A stretch of 64,000 bases of DNA from Haliotis rufescens (lineage: Eukaryota), in the NCBI RefSeq assembly GCF_023055435.1, contig NW_025964372.1, positions 5,332,001 through 5,396,000 on the forward strand, read 5' to 3'. Below the pieces are notes generated by a model. It ran no database searches. It was not told the DNA's origin and saw only the letters and a list, made by a program, of their open reading frames with translations. This document shows, one piece after another, positions 62,726 through 64,000 of this stretch (position 1 is the first letter of the stretch; each line of letters starts with the position of its first letter). A program made the translations under genes and the position numbers.

Positions 62726-63124
62726 TGACGAACACCGTTGATCTGATGTTGATAGATGCCGAGCATGTCTTTTGTGCAAAGATCTCTACATGGTTACCAT
62801 GGTTACCAACAGTTAGCATGTTGCTATGGTTTCACACAAATCTTTCATCATGTTTATCACTATATATGAGTTTCACTGCCAACAGATTTCCTTTCATGAT
62901 TTGACAGTGACCATGATGTAACAATGACAATGTAATTTCTCTACACTCTGTAGCCTTGAAGATGACTTTTGTAACAAGCAAGACTATACATGCTCTTCCT
63001 CATTTTAATAGGAAGGTTGTGTTTTTGTAGACCATCTTCAGTAATCCTCATGATCCTCATGATCCTATAATAATAAATGCCCTGGACCAAAGCTTCTTTT
63101 CGGAAGTGGTGTCAACATCTCTAT

Positions 63125-64000
63125 CTGTCTGATCACCCTCGTCACCTCTCTGATCACCCTCCTCACCTCTCTGATCACCCTCCTCACCTGTCTGATCCCC
63201 CTCGTCACCTCTCTGATCACCCTCATCACCTGTCTGATCACCCTCATCACCTCTCTGATCATCCTCATCTGATCACCCGTCTGCTCACCCTCATCTGATC
63301 ACCTGCCTGATCACCCTCATCACCTGTCTGATCACCCTCATCTGATCACCTGTCTTATCACCTATCTGATCACCCGTCTGATCACCCTATTCTGATCACC
63401 CGTCTGATCACCCTTCTGATCACCCTTCTGATCACCCTCATCTGATCACCTGTCTGATCACCCTCTGATCACCTGTCCGATCACCCTTATCACCTGTCTG
63501 ATCACCCTCATCTGATAACCTGTCTGCTCACCCTCATCTGATCACCTGTCTGATCACCCTCATCTGATCACCTGTCTGATCACCCTCATCTGATCACCTG
63601 TCTTATCACCTATCTGATCACCCGTCTGATCACCCTATTCTGATCACCCGTCTGATCACCCTTCTGATCACCCTCATCTGATCACCTGTCTGATCACCTG
63701 TCTGATCACCCTCATCTGATCACCTGTCTGATCACCCTCATCTGATCACCTGTCTGATCACCCTCATCTGATCACCTGTCTGATCACCCTTATCACCTGT
63801 CTGATCACCCTCATCTGATCACCTGTCTGATCACCCGTCTGATCACCTGTCTGATCACCTGTCTTATCACCTATCTGATCACCCGTCTGATTACCCGTCT
63901 GATCACCCTATTCTGATCACCCGTCTGATCACCCTTCTGATCACCCTCATCTGATCACCTGTCTGATCACCCTCATCTGATCACCTGTCTGATCACCCTC
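63125..64000. repeat. TCTGATCACC-based composite minisatellite, running off the window
   Basis: Mixed 12-, 14- and 21-bp units built on TGATCA; a larger block recurs at ~63353, 63601 and 63862. Confidence 0.95.

Noticed and set aside
50957-64000. Further EDEM3 exons
   Set aside because: No AYPADEL or later GH47 motif with splice sites was found by eye; treated as intron.

Overview
Eukaryotic, AT-rich, repeat-dense genomic DNA, most likely molluscan (the repeat make-up suggests a gastropod such as abalone; inference). There are two assembly gaps (7732-7890, 31041-31237). Protein-coding content reconstructed by hand from splice sites and reading phase: (1) tandem, partly decayed death-domain terminal exons at 2.8-7.2 kb (- strand); (2) a complete 3-exon, probably secreted PAN-EB/EGF-like-PAN gene at 18256-22798 (+, 239 aa); (3) a complete 6-exon C6orf136-like gene at 45508-30516 (-, 447 aa); (4) the first two coding exons of an EDEM3-like GH47 mannosidase gene (48815-50956, +), head-to-head with C6orf136. 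The rest is four SINE-like families (here A-D) that share one 3' stem-loop tail, one full-length but disabled Tc1 (DD34E) element plus two Tc1 fossils, a Penelope-like RT fragment, several MITEs and hairpins, and about ten minisatellite arrays. Most long ORFs in the supplied track are artefacts of these arrays. Best leads: family C is a headless retroelement with a sharply defined, probably pseudoknotted 5' end (candidate self-processing RNA), and three separate minisatellites each arose by tandem amplification of the 3' tail of a different SINE family.
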